This document shows positions 53,069 through 63,523 of a stretch of DNA of 64,000 nucleotides, one piece after another. Both the position numbers and the translations under genes were made by a program. The stretch is from an uncultured Chromatiaceae bacterium (GTDB taxonomy: Bacteria; Pseudomonadota; Gammaproteobacteria; Steroidobacterales; GCA-2729495): assembly GCA_964407855.1 (NCBI GenBank), contig CAYOXI010000003.1:839-64838 (forward strand), written 5' to 3'. The notes under the pieces are model-generated. The model made no database searches. It was not told the origin of the DNA and saw nothing but the letters and a program-made list of their open reading frames with translations. Numbering within the stretch: the first letter of the stretch is position 1; the number at the start of each line of letters is the position of its first letter.

Positions 53069-54118
53069 TCAGGCCGGGGCCGTCAGTTCATCCAGGGGCC
53101 AGCGTGCGCGGGCCTCCACCTGCAGGCTTGCATAGTCGTCCGGCGATGCGCGCAACCGCAGGCAGCCGGTGAAGGCAATCATCGCGGCATTGTCCGTGCA
53201 GAACTCAACCCGCGGATAGTAGACAGTGCCTCCCAGGGATGACAGCTCGGCCCGGAGCTGCTCCCGGAGGCGCTGGTTGGCACCGACACCACCCGCCACG
53301 ACCAGGCGGGTCAGGCCGGTCACGGACAGTGCGCGCACCGACCTGCCCACCAGGCAATCGACAATGGCGGCCTGGTAGCCGCTGGCGAGATCGGCCCGGG
53401 TAATGGCGCCGGCATCCCCGGGGGCCAGCTCCCCTGACGCGGCGAGTTCCCGGACACGGAGCGCCAGCGAGGTCTTGAGGCCACTGAAACTGAAGTCCAG
53501 CCCCGGATCGCGGAGCATGGGCCGCGGAAAGCGGAAGCGGTCCGGCCGCCCGGTGGCCGCGAGCCGGGCCAGCTGGGGCCCGCCAGGGTAGGACAGACCC
53601 AGCAGCTTGGCACCCTTGTCAAAGGCCTCGCCCGCTGCGTCGTCCAGGGTTTCGCCCAGGACCCGGTATCGGCCGAGGCCACCGACCTCCACCAGCATGG
53701 AATGGCCGCCCGAGACCAGCAGCGCGACAAAGGGAAATTCCGGCGGGTCCTTTTCCAGCAGCGCCGCCAGCAGGTGAGCCTCCATGTGATGGACCGGAAT
53801 GGCAGGAATGCCGAGGCCCATGGCCAGTCCGACCCCTACCGTGGCCCCGACCAGCAAGGCACCTACCAGTCCGGGTCCGGCCGTGTAGGCGATGCCGGAC
53901 AGTTCCCGCCGGTCGACGCCCGCCTCCCCGAGAGCGCGCTCCACCAGGGGCATGAGCTTGCGGATGTGATCCCGGGAGGCCAGCTCGGGAACGACGCCGC
54001 CGTAGGGTGCGTGGGTCGCAACCTGGCTGTACAGGCTGTGACCCCGCAGGCCGATCTTCCAGTCGTAGACCGCCGCAGCGGTCTCGTCGCAGCTCGTTTC
54101 GATGCCAAGGATGATCAA
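53069..54118 (-). CDS. tsaD: tRNA N6-adenosine threonylcarbamoyltransferase
   Basis: [22 protein letters not shown] and conserved divergence from rpsU. Confidence 0.95.
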   Translation of the reverse strand: MIILGIETSCDETAAAVYDWKIGLRGHSLYSQVATHAPYGGVVPELASRDHIRKLMPLVERALGEAGVDRRELSGIAYTAGPGLVGALLVGATVGVGLAMGLGIPAIPVHHMEAHLLAALLEKDPPEFPFVALLVSGGHSMLVEVGGLGRYRVLGETLDDAAGEAFDKGAKLLGLSYPGGPQLARLAATGRPDRFRFPRPMLRDPGLDFSFSGLKTSLALRVRELAASGELAPGDAGAITRADLASGYQAAIVDCLVGRSVRALSVTGLTRLVVAGGVGANQRLREQLRAELSSLGGTVYYPRVEFCTDNAAMIAFTGCLRLRASPDDYASLQVEARARWPLDELTAPA

Positions 54119-54188
54119 TCACGCCCCCTGTGGGTGGGCCGGCCCCGTCCCTCCGCTGCCGTCCAGGGCAGGAGACATGAAACGACCC

Positions 54189-54217
54189 TTTGCAAAAGCT
54201 CCGGTGACTGGCTATAT
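54189..54217 (+). promoter_or_regulatory. candidate sigma-70 promoter of the rpsU-yqeY-dnaG-rpoD cluster
   Basis: TTGCAA-17 nt-TATATT read directly from the sequence. It lies about 100 nt upstream of the rpsU start. Confidence 0.45.
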
Positions 54218-54229
54218 TTTCCGGCTTAT

Positions 54230-54253
54230 CCGGCCACAAGAGCCGGTTTTTTT
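54230..54253 (+). promoter_or_regulatory. terminator-like hairpin + T7 run inside the rpsU 5' leader (possible attenuator)
   Basis: ccggc-cacaaga-gccgg followed by ttttttt. The 5' arm can pair instead with ccgg at 54221-54224, although that arm lies about at the predicted transcription start. Confidence 0.4.
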
Positions 54254-54324
54254 CGCCCGCGGACCCTCGCTGGAGGGGCGCAACACACGGCCACCATTTG
54301 GCCAATACCTTAAGGATCAGTACC

Positions 54325-54540
54325 TTGCCCGGCGTCCGAGTACGAGAAAACGAGCATTTTGACGCCGCCCTCCGGCGTTTCAAGCGGGCCTGCGAAAAAG
54401 CGGGGGTACTGACCGAACTGCGTCGCCGCGAGTTCTATGAAAAGCCGACCCAGGAACGGAAGCGCAAGAAGGCCGCTGCCGTGAAGCGCCAGCAGAAGCG
54501 CAGCGCCCGTGAGACCAACCGGCGCAAGCGGCTTTACTGA
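54325..54540 (+). CDS. rpsU: 30S ribosomal protein S21
   Basis: The TTG at 54325, with AAGGA 8 nt upstream, gives (M)[26 protein letters not shown]... of 71 aa, matching the canonical S21 N-terminus. Confidence 0.93.
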   Translation: MPGVRVRENEHFDAALRRFKRACEKAGVLTELRRREFYEKPTQERKRKKAAAVKRQQKRSARETNRRKRLY

Positions 54541-54598
54541 CCGCTACCCGCCGCCCCCGCGGGCGGCGCTGCCCCGCGCCTGACCAGGGGAGTTCCGC

Positions 54599-55051
54599 GT
54601 GTCAGCCCTCAAGAACCGGATCCAGGAAGACATGAAAGCCGCGATGCGCGCCGGCGAACGCGAGCGGCTTGGCGTGATCCGGCTGCTGCTCGCCGCCATC
54701 AAGCAGCGGGAAGTGGATGAGCGCACGGAAACCACCGACACGTCAGTGCTGCAGATCCTCGAAAAACAGATCAAGCAGCGGCGCGAATCCGCCAGCCAGT
54801 TTGCCGCCGGCAACCGGCCGGAACTCCAGGCACGCGAACTGGCCGAGATTGACCTTCTCCAGCCCTACCTGCCGAGCGCCCTGTCACCCGAAGAGCTGAC
54901 GTCGCTGATCGACGAGGTGGTTGCCCAGACGGGCGCGGCCAGCATGAAGGACATGGGGCGGGTGATGGCGGTACTGCGCGAGCGGGCGCAGGGGCGCGCC
55001 GACTTCAGCACCATCGGTGAACGGGTCAAGGCCCGCCTCTCCGCCGGTTGA
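54599..55051 (+). CDS. GatB/YqeY domain-containing protein
   Basis: LKNRIQEDMKAAMRAGERERLGVIRLLLAAIKQREVDER. Located between rpsU and dnaG, as in Pseudomonas and Xanthomonas-type genomes. Confidence 0.85.
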   Translation: MSALKNRIQEDMKAAMRAGERERLGVIRLLLAAIKQREVDERTETTDTSVLQILEKQIKQRRESASQFAAGNRPELQARELAEIDLLQPYLPSALSPEELTSLIDEVVAQTGAASMKDMGRVMAVLRERAQGRADFSTIGERVKARLSAG

Positions 55052-55095
55052 TCCACGCCGATCCTCCACCCAGATCCAAGGGCAGCCCCTCGACG

Positions 55096-56913
55096 GTGAG
55101 TGGTCGCATCCCCCAGGACTTCATCGACGACCTGGTACAGCGGGCCGATATCGTTGAGGTGGTGGGCTCCCGGGTGCCTCTCACCCGCGCCGGCCGCGAA
55201 TACAAGGCACGCTGCCCATTCCACAGCGAGAAGACGCCGTCGTTCTGGGTCAGTCCACAAAAGGGCTTCTATCACTGCTTCGGGTGTGGCGCGCACGGCA
55301 CGGCGCTGGGCTTCCTGATCGAGTTCGAGCGCCTGGAGTTTCCGGCGGCCGTTGAGGAGCTGGCACGCAGCGTGGGCATTCCCGTCCCGCGGGCGGATGG
55401 CGAACAGCGGGAATCCCTCGAACCCCTCTACGGCGTGCTCGACCAGGCTGCCCAGCTTTATCGCCGGCACCTGCGGGAACACCCGGTGGCCGTGGAGTAC
55501 CTGCGGCAGCGGGGCCTTGATGGGGAGACGGCCCGGGACTTTGGCATCGGCTTCGCTCCGGCCGGCTGGGATACCGTGCTGGCAGCGCTTGGCGAGAGCG
55601 AGGAGCAGCGCCAGAACCTCCTGCGCGCAGGGCTGGTTATCCAGCGGGATGCCGGCGGCTTCTACGACCGCTTCCGCGAACGGATCATGTTTCCGATCCG
55701 CGACTCCCGGGGCCGGACGATCGCCTTCGGCGGCCGCATCATTGGGGATGGCGAGCCGAAGTACCTCAATTCGCCCGAGACCCCCGTGTTTCACAAGGGC
55801 CGGGAGCTGTACGGACTGTACGAGGCGCGGCGCGCAGAACGGACCCTGACCACCCTGCTGGTCGTCGAGGGCTACATGGATGTGGTCATGCTGGCCGCCC
55901 ACGGCATCCGGAACGTGGTCGGGACACTGGGTACGGCAACCACTGCCGAACACCTCCGCCGCCTCTTCGGCGTTGCCGGCAGCGTCGTGTTCTGCTTCGA
56001 CGGCGACCGTGCGGGCCGTGAAGCCGCCTGGCGGGCCCTGCAGGTCAGCCTCCCGGTACTGGAGGACGGACGGCAGATCCGGTTTCTCCTCCTGCCACAG
56101 GGGGACGACCCGGACTCGCTGGTGAGACGCGAGGGCGCCGAGGCTTTTCGCACGCGCCTGGGCGCCAGCGAGCCCCTGTCCGCATTCCTGCTGGACAGTC
56201 TCGGCCAGGGCGTCGATACGGACAGCCTGGACGGCAAGGCCCGGCTGGCGGCACTCGCCAAACCTCTGCTGGCCCAGATTCCGGGCGCGGTCTACCAGGA
56301 ACTGCTCACGGCCGAACTGGGACATCGCCTCGGCCTCGCCCGCAACCGGGTGGATGATCTGCTGGGCTTGCCGTCCCGCCAACCGGCTGCGGCTGCCGGA
56401 GCAGTCCCCGCGCGGGTCGTATCCGGTGCCCGGCAGGCGGCGGCCGGTCGCCGGAGCACCGCCTCGACCCGAGGCTCGCTGGGCCGGCAGGCCATCAGCC
56501 TCCTGATGCACTACCCCGCGGTGGCCGCCGAGGTTCCCCTGCCGCCCGACCTGGCGGCCTCGGGCCAGCGGGGGGTCGAGTTGCTCGCCGAGCTGCATGG
56601 CGTCGCGCGGGGCCTCGCGGGTCGCCCGGCGGGCGTGGTCCCGCCTGCCCTGCTGGAACGCTGGCGGGACCGCCCGGAGTACCCGCACCTGGCCGGCCTG
56701 CTGGCGGAAGAGCCACTGGTGGATGCGGAGGGGGCAGCCCGCGAATTCGCCGGCTGCCTGCAACGGCTGGCCTCGGCCGCACTGCAACATGAACACGCCG
56801 GTTTGCTGCATAAAGCCGGCCTTGACGGCCTTTCTGCTCCGGAACGGGAACGCCTGACCCGCCTCCAGCGCCTGCTGGCCGGAACCGGCCCCGAAAGCGG
56901 TACCGCCACGTGA
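55096..56913 (+). CDS. dnaG: DNA primase
   Basis: Zinc finger CPFHSEKTPSFWV...YHCFGCGAHG and TOPRIM EGYMDV. I prefer the GTG at 55096 ((M)SGRIPQDFIDDL, which aligns with known DnaG N-termini). The TTG at 55048 overlapping the yqeY stop is an alternative. Confidence 0.93.
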   Translation: MSGRIPQDFIDDLVQRADIVEVVGSRVPLTRAGREYKARCPFHSEKTPSFWVSPQKGFYHCFGCGAHGTALGFLIEFERLEFPAAVEELARSVGIPVPRADGEQRESLEPLYGVLDQAAQLYRRHLREHPVAVEYLRQRGLDGETARDFGIGFAPAGWDTVLAALGESEEQRQNLLRAGLVIQRDAGGFYDRFRERIMFPIRDSRGRTIAFGGRIIGDGEPKYLNSPETPVFHKGRELYGLYEARRAERTLTTLLVVEGYMDVVMLAAHGIRNVVGTLGTATTAEHLRRLFGVAGSVVFCFDGDRAGREAAWRALQVSLPVLEDGRQIRFLLLPQGDDPDSLVRREGAEAFRTRLGASEPLSAFLLDSLGQGVDTDSLDGKARLAALAKPLLAQIPGAVYQELLTAELGHRLGLARNRVDDLLGLPSRQPAAAAGAVPARVVSGARQAAAGRRSTASTRGSLGRQAISLLMHYPAVAAEVPLPPDLAASGQRGVELLAELHGVARGLAGRPAGVVPPALLERWRDRPEYPHLAGLLAEEPLVDAEGAAREFAGCLQRLASAALQHEHAGLLHKAGLDGLSAPERERLTRLQRLLAGTGPESGTAT

Positions 56914-57049
56914 CAACGACTGCCCGGGATAAAGGTTCAGTGGGAGCCTGCCGACAGGACAGAAGACGCCACTGCCCGTGCTTGGGCGCATCCCCCGCTG
57001 TCCTGTATGATGTCGGGCTTTTATCTGATTTCACAAAGAGGGCTGGCGC

Positions 57050-58903
<1,854 letters not shown>

Positions 58904-58913
58904 CCGGCCGCTT

Positions 58914-60434
58914 TCAGGCCACTGCTGCGTCCTGCCCGCCGATGTGCATGACGGTGGCGGTTGGCAGCGGGTAGAGCTCCGCCAGGGTCAGCGAGCGGCC
59001 GTCGCCCTGCACGATCCGGCAATGCTCCCGGTGCAGCGACCGGGCTTCCGGCACACCACAGGAATGGGCGATCACGCTCACTTCCTTTTCCATGTTCTGC
59101 TGGAAGCGCGCCACCCGTGCGGCCTTGTCCGTCGGCACGAGGCCGCGCTGCAGGTGAGGATCATGGGTGGTGATGCCGGTTGGACAGTTGTTCTGGTTAC
59201 AGCGCAGCGCCTGGATGCAGCCGAGCGCAAACATGAAGCCCCGGGCAGAGGTGACGAAATCCGCACCGAGGCACAGGGCCAGCGCCACGTTCGCCGGGGT
59301 CGTCAGCTTGCCGCTGGCGATCACCCGGATCCGGTTCCGCAGCCCTTCCCGGGCCAGCAGGTCGACCACCATCGGCAGGCTTTCCCGGATGGGGAGCCCC
59401 ACATTGTCGATGAGGGCCATAGGCGCGGCGCCGGTGCCGCCATCGCCCGAGTCAATGGTGATGAAGTCCGGGGCAGCAACCAGACCGCGGCGATGGATCT
59501 CGGTACAGAGTTCCTCCAGCCAGCCCAGCGACCCGATGACCGTCTTGAAGCCCACCGGCTTGCCGGTGATCTCCCGCACGTGACCGATGAAGTCCAGCAG
59601 CTCGGTGCCGTTGCGGATCTCGGCGTGCCGGTTCGGGCTGAGTGAGTCCTGGCCGGCCGGGATGCCGCGGATCGCGGCGATCTCCCGGGTCACTTTGCCG
59701 CCGGGGAGGATGCCGCCTTTCCCGGGCTTGGCACCCTGGCTCAGCTTCACCTCGATCATGCGCACCTGGGGATGCGCGGCCAGCTCGCGGAGCTTCTGTT
59801 CGTCCAGCTCACCGCGGGCGTTCCGGACGCCGTACTTGGCCGTGCCCATCTGGAAGACCAGGTCAGCCCCGCCCTCCAGGTGATAAGGCGCAAGCCCGCC
59901 TTCCCCGGTATTCAGCCAGCAGCCCGCCGCCTTCGCGCCCCGGGAGAGGGCCTGAACGGCCGGGCGGGAGATGGCACCGAAGCTCATGGCTGAAATGTGG
60001 AAGAAGCGGTCCGTCGTATAGGGCATCCGGCAGTGAGGGCCGATCGTGAGCGGGGCTGTCGGGCGGTGGCTCTCATCCAGGTCCGGATAGGCGGCATTGA
60101 CGAAGATGGGCGTCCCCGCCGGCCGCAGGTCCCGGCTGGAGCCGAAGGCGACGGTGCTGTCCACGCCTTTCGCGGCCCGATAAGCCCAGGACCGCTCAGC
60201 GCGGTTGAACGGCAGCTCCTCACGGTCCATGGCAAAGAAGTACTGGCGAAAAAACTCGCCAAGGGTCTCGAAGGCGTAGCGGAAGCGGCCGACCACCGGA
60301 TAGTTGCGGCGAATCGCATGGGTGGTCTGGGTGATGTCCACCACGTACATCACGCCCACTGCCAGGGCGCCCAGACCCAGGGCCACGACGAACAGGGCCG
60401 AAAATATGCCGAGAATGTCGGAAACCAGCTCCAT
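58914..60434 (-). CDS. FMN-binding glutamate synthase family protein (GltB central-domain-like) with N-terminal TM helix
   Basis: The ATG at 60434 gives [22 protein letters not shown]... The sequence is GltS FMN-domain-like ([32 protein letters not shown]). Confidence 0.8.
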   Translation of the reverse strand: MELVSDILGIFSALFVVALGLGALAVGVMYVVDITQTTHAIRRNYPVVGRFRYAFETLGEFFRQYFFAMDREELPFNRAERSWAYRAAKGVDSTVAFGSSRDLRPAGTPIFVNAAYPDLDESHRPTAPLTIGPHCRMPYTTDRFFHISAMSFGAISRPAVQALSRGAKAAGCWLNTGEGGLAPYHLEGGADLVFQMGTAKYGVRNARGELDEQKLRELAAHPQVRMIEVKLSQGAKPGKGGILPGGKVTREIAAIRGIPAGQDSLSPNRHAEIRNGTELLDFIGHVREITGKPVGFKTVIGSLGWLEELCTEIHRRGLVAAPDFITIDSGDGGTGAAPMALIDNVGLPIRESLPMVVDLLAREGLRNRIRVIASGKLTTPANVALALCLGADFVTSARGFMFALGCIQALRCNQNNCPTGITTHDPHLQRGLVPTDKAARVARFQQNMEKEVSVIAHSCGVPEARSLHREHCRIVQGDGRSLTLAELYPLPTATVMHIGGQDAAVA

Positions 60435-60453
60435 GGCACCCCCTCCTGTCACC

Positions 60454-60486
60454 ACTCTGCCCGGCGAGAGTGTCGCCGGGCAGAGT
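60454..60486. repeat. perfect 14-bp-stem inverted repeat (a-ctctgcccggcga gagtg tcgccgggcagag-t)
   Basis: Verified base by base. It lies between the EEP gene stop and the GltB-like gene start. No U-run follows on either strand. Confidence 0.6.
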
Positions 60487-60548
60487 ACCGGGTTCCGAGA
60501 TGCCCGGCACAGTCGCAGGCCCCGGCCTGGTCGCCACCGGCACGTCTC

Positions 60549-61511
60549 TCAGGAGCCGGGAACGATGTCGCACTCCAGGGGCCGATGATCGGAGCCGGCC
60601 CGCCTGCCGGCACGCACGCTGGCCACCCGCACTCCCGGGCTGACGAGGCAATGATCAATCTGGATGCCAGCCGCGCCCAGTGCGGCCGGCCAGGTGCCGT
60701 GGTGGCCGAGCGCCCGCCGGGCATCCTCCAGGCCCGCGGCCCGGAGGAAACGGTCGAAGTACGGCGAGTACGGCGTCAGGTTCAGGTCACCGGCCACGAT
60801 CTTCGGCACTTCCGGGTCGCCAGCGGCGACCCTGCCGGCCAGCACCTCGAGCTGGCGATCACGTTCCCCGGCGCGGCGCCCGCTGATGGGCGAGGCGAGG
60901 TGCACGGCATAAAGCTCCACGGAACCGCCTGGCAGCAGGAGACGCACGCGAAAATGGCGAGTCCGGTCGTCACCCAGATTCAGCAGCTCCTGCTCGGCCA
61001 GCGGGTAGCGGGAATACAGGGCCATGCCCCAGGCATCCGGTCGGGGCTGGAGGATGGAGTGCGGATAGCGCTGCCCCAGGTCCGCCAGCACCTCTGCCCA
61101 GCGGGGCGTGAACTCGGACAGCACCAGCACGTCAGGCAAACGTTCCTGCAGGTAGGCCTGCATCGCGCCGGTCTTCTTCTGGTTGTGGAGCAGGTTGACT
61201 GCCACGAGGGTGTGCGGTCGGGCATCGCCCGGGGGCATTGCTGCCGGCGCGCGGAGCAGGCCCGGCAGATAGGGGCCGGCGATGAGCAGGTTGGGCACCG
61301 CAGTGAGGATCGCGAGCGCTGCCCAGGGCCACGCCCGGCAGACCAGCAGCAGCAGGATCAGTGCAGTCTGGGCCACCAGGTAGTGCAGGCGGAAGTGGGA
61401 GAAGAGCTCCAGCACCCAATGATGGCGGGAACCCATGGCGGCGACGGTCGCCAGCGCAAGGATGATCATCGCCGAAAGGAGAAAAAGCTGCACGCGCGAG
61501 ATTATCATCAT
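60549..61511 (-). CDS. endonuclease/exonuclease/phosphatase (EEP) family protein with N-terminal multi-TM anchor
   Basis: About 90 hydrophobic N-terminal residues (3 TM helices), then an EEP-like domain ending in the typical ...GSDHRPL motif. Confidence 0.7.
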   Translation of the reverse strand: MMIISRVQLFLLSAMIILALATVAAMGSRHHWVLELFSHFRLHYLVAQTALILLLLVCRAWPWAALAILTAVPNLLIAGPYLPGLLRAPAAMPPGDARPHTLVAVNLLHNQKKTGAMQAYLQERLPDVLVLSEFTPRWAEVLADLGQRYPHSILQPRPDAWGMALYSRYPLAEQELLNLGDDRTRHFRVRLLLPGGSVELYAVHLASPISGRRAGERDRQLEVLAGRVAAGDPEVPKIVAGDLNLTPYSPYFDRFLRAAGLEDARRALGHHGTWPAALGAAGIQIDHCLVSPGVRVASVRAGRRAGSDHRPLECDIVPGS

Positions 61512-61573
61512 TGGCTATGGGCAGATTCCAGTGGCAATCCGGCAACGTCAGGGCAGCAAGGGTAACCCGGCCG

Positions 61574-62008
61574 ATGCGTGGCCGCGTCCCAGTGGGTCTC
61601 ACGGCGGGCGTGCTGTTTGGCGCGCTCAGCCTGGCAATCGGCCAGGCCGGATGCACCGCCGAGCGGGGTCCGGAGTCGCCCGCCGACATTGCGCGTCAGG
61701 CGGTTGCGGCCGAGCTGGGCGTCGGGATTGCGGCAACCCGCGTCGTCCGCATGGAGTCCCGCGACTTTCCGGATACCAGCCTCGACTGCCCGGACCCGGG
61801 CATGCTCTACGCCCAGGTGATCACACCGGGCAACCAGGTGATCGTAGAAGCGGACGGTCGGCGCTTCGACGTGCGGGTCGCGGGTACGCGCGGGAAAATC
61901 TGTCGCCAGAGGAAAAAGCCGGCGCCGGCACCGGAAGCAGCCGCTCCGGCGCGGGAACTGGGTGAAGCTGTGCGGCGGGACCCCGGCCCGGAAACGGCGG
62001 ATCGCTGA
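61574..62008 (+). CDS. hypothetical small secreted protein / possible lipoprotein
   Basis: The ATG at 61574 gives MRGRVPVGLTAGVLFGALSLAIGQAGC..., a signal peptide with a non-canonical lipobox. No family recognised. The ATG at 61511 is an alternative start. Confidence 0.4.
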   Translation: MRGRVPVGLTAGVLFGALSLAIGQAGCTAERGPESPADIARQAVAAELGVGIAATRVVRMESRDFPDTSLDCPDPGMLYAQVITPGNQVIVEADGRRFDVRVAGTRGKICRQRKKPAPAPEAAAPARELGEAVRRDPGPETADR

Positions 62009-62030
62009 TCCCTGGACTGCGACGGGACCC

Positions 62031-62714
62031 TCAGCGCAACTCCTGCTCCCGGCGCCGTCGACGCGCCTTGCGAAAGCTCCGCCCGGTGAGCTTGCGCCAG
62101 GCCATGCGCACGGCCCGCGCAGCGCCTTCGATCAGCGTCGGCTGGTAGTCGGCCTGGTCTTCCGCGGCGATCTGGTCGTAGCGGCGCCGGTACTTGAGCT
62201 TTATCCAGGCATTCAGGTCCATCCGGCAGGCCTGGCGAAACAGCATCGCGTTCAGCCAGCCACCATCGGCATGCCTCAATACACAGGAACCGAAGTCGAG
62301 CAGGATCGGGTGGCCCTCCGGGCTGACGAGGATATTGCCCCTGCGCTTCAGGTCGGCATGGGCTACGCCAACGGCATGCAGGGCGAGGATCCGCTCGCGC
62401 AGCTCGCCAAAGAACCGGTCGCGGTGGTCCATCACGGCCGGCAGGTTCTCCCGATAGGGTTCGCCGTCCATGAACTCAAGGACCAGACCGCCATCGGGCT
62501 GCAGTCCGTGACAGCGGGGAATCCCGGGAACGCCGTCGACCCGCCCGTAGGCTGCGTACTCCCGGCGGAGCATGGCGCGGCGCAGATGAAGAGCCGGCCA
62601 GCGGCCGGTCGGGATCTTTACCACCCGTCTTCCGCTGCCATCCCCCTGGAGGAACACGGCACCCTGGTAGCCGCGGCTCAGGAAACGTCCCCGACCGGGG
62701 CGGGACACGGTCAC
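62031..62714 (-). CDS. small protein-kinase-fold protein (ePK/Kdo-kinase-like), function unknown
   Basis: The GTG at 62714 overlaps the stop of the upstream methyltransferase (GTGA). G-rich loop region SRGYQGAVF, lysine VVKIP, catalytic loop HADLKRRGNILV, DFG, and a basic C-terminal tail. The rest of the 441-aa track ORF is out-of-frame read-through across the ICMT gene. Confidence 0.65.
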   Translation of the reverse strand: MTVSRPGRGRFLSRGYQGAVFLQGDGSGRRVVKIPTGRWPALHLRRAMLRREYAAYGRVDGVPGIPRCHGLQPDGGLVLEFMDGEPYRENLPAVMDHRDRFFGELRERILALHAVGVAHADLKRRGNILVSPEGHPILLDFGSCVLRHADGGWLNAMLFRQACRMDLNAWIKLKYRRRYDQIAAEDQADYQPTLIEGAARAVRMAWRKLTGRSFRKARRRRREQELR

Positions 62715-63298
62715 ACCCGCATGCCGATCCAGCCTATGCAGATCAGCGTGAAGGCAATCACCACGGGCTCGGCATTCTGTCGTACCGACGTCATCAGCGA
62801 CCAGCCACCACCGCTGCGGCCCGTCGGAATGAGACGGCGCGGGATCACCGCCGGCACCGTCTGGCTCCAGCGCTCCCACGGCTCGCCAAATATCCGGTGG
62901 ATTTTCCGATCCTCGTATTCGATGGCGGTCGGATAGTAGAACCACCAGAAAGCAGCGGCGAGCAACGGCGCCCACCAGAGACCCGAGGCCACCGTGAAGC
63001 CGACCAGGACGAGGAGATTGCCGGTATACAGCGGATGGCGGACCAGTGAATACGGACCATCCGTCGCCAGCTGCCGGTTCTTGACGATGAAGCCCGACGC
63101 GTAGATCCGCACGAGGCAGCCCAGCACCACCAGGACGGCTCCCACCATGAATAGCGCGGGAACCGGCCGTGACCACCAGGCCAGGAACGGCATCAGCGCC
63201 AGGCCGAGGCCCTGACGCATGGCTTCCTGGTGGCGCAGATCGCGAATCAGCCCGGGGAGCCCGGGAAGTGGTGGCAGGTCCGCAGTGCGCTTTGTCAT
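62711..63298 (-). CDS. isoprenylcysteine carboxyl methyltransferase (ICMT)/phospholipid methyltransferase family membrane protein
   Basis: Four to five TM helices and the family motif GPYSLVRHPLYTGNLL, then EYEDRKIHRIFGEPWERW. Confidence 0.75.
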   Translation of the reverse strand: MTKRTADLPPLPGLPGLIRDLRHQEAMRQGLGLALMPFLAWWSRPVPALFMVGAVLVVLGCLVRIYASGFIVKNRQLATDGPYSLVRHPLYTGNLLVLVGFTVASGLWWAPLLAAAFWWFYYPTAIEYEDRKIHRIFGEPWERWSQTVPAVIPRRLIPTGRSGGGWSLMTSVRQNAEPVVIAFTLICIGWIGMRV

Positions 63299-63376
63299 GG
63301 CGACAGTTTATGTCGGGCACGCACGCCTGACCATCCGGGGGCTGCGCGGGCTTCACTGCTAGAATGCGCCAGGCAG

Positions 63377-63453
63377 GGGCCTGTAGCTCAATTGGTTAGA
63401 GCAGGAGACTCATAATCTCTTGGTTCCAGGTTCGAGTCCTGGCGGGCCCACCA
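63377..63453 (+). tRNA. tRNA with CAU anticodon, most similar to tRNA-Ile2 (lysidine-modified) rather than elongator tRNA-Met
   Basis: I folded a 77-nt cloverleaf by hand (acceptor GGGCCTG/CGGGCCC, D stem GCTC/GAGC, anticodon loop CTCATAA, T loop TTCGAGT, encoded CCA). The segment AGAGCAGGnGACTCATAATCnCTTGGT, the C4-G69/C5-G68 pairs and the G27-U43 wobble match E. coli ileX. Confidence 0.9.
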
Positions 63454-63523
63454 GAAAATTCCGGCGCATGAACTCCCCGGGGCGCAGCGCAACCCCGGGA
63501 CTCAGACCGCCCCGTTCCGCCGG

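Noticed and set aside
54102-54362. An 86-aa ORF, with an internal ATG at about 54177 preceded by AGGAG, that overlaps the rpsU promoter, leader and 5' end.
   Set aside because: The AGGAG-to-ATG spacing is too short. The ORF is out of frame with, and overlaps, the well-supported S21 gene. Its composition is not protein-like.
54865-56991. A 708-aa ORF antisense to dnaG. Similar long antisense ORFs occur at 5158-6447 (murA), 24920-26056 (ahcY), 28561-30042 (mpl), 35968-37395 (GGDEF-EAL), 43433-44851 (nrdJa), 57872-58858 (rpoD) and 59997-61565.
   Set aside because: The opposite strand carries unmistakable conserved proteins in each case. The antisense translations are Arg/Ala/Gly/Pro-rich, low in Lys/Ile/Phe/Asn and carry no motifs. 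Long stop-free mirror frames are expected in GC-rich DNA.
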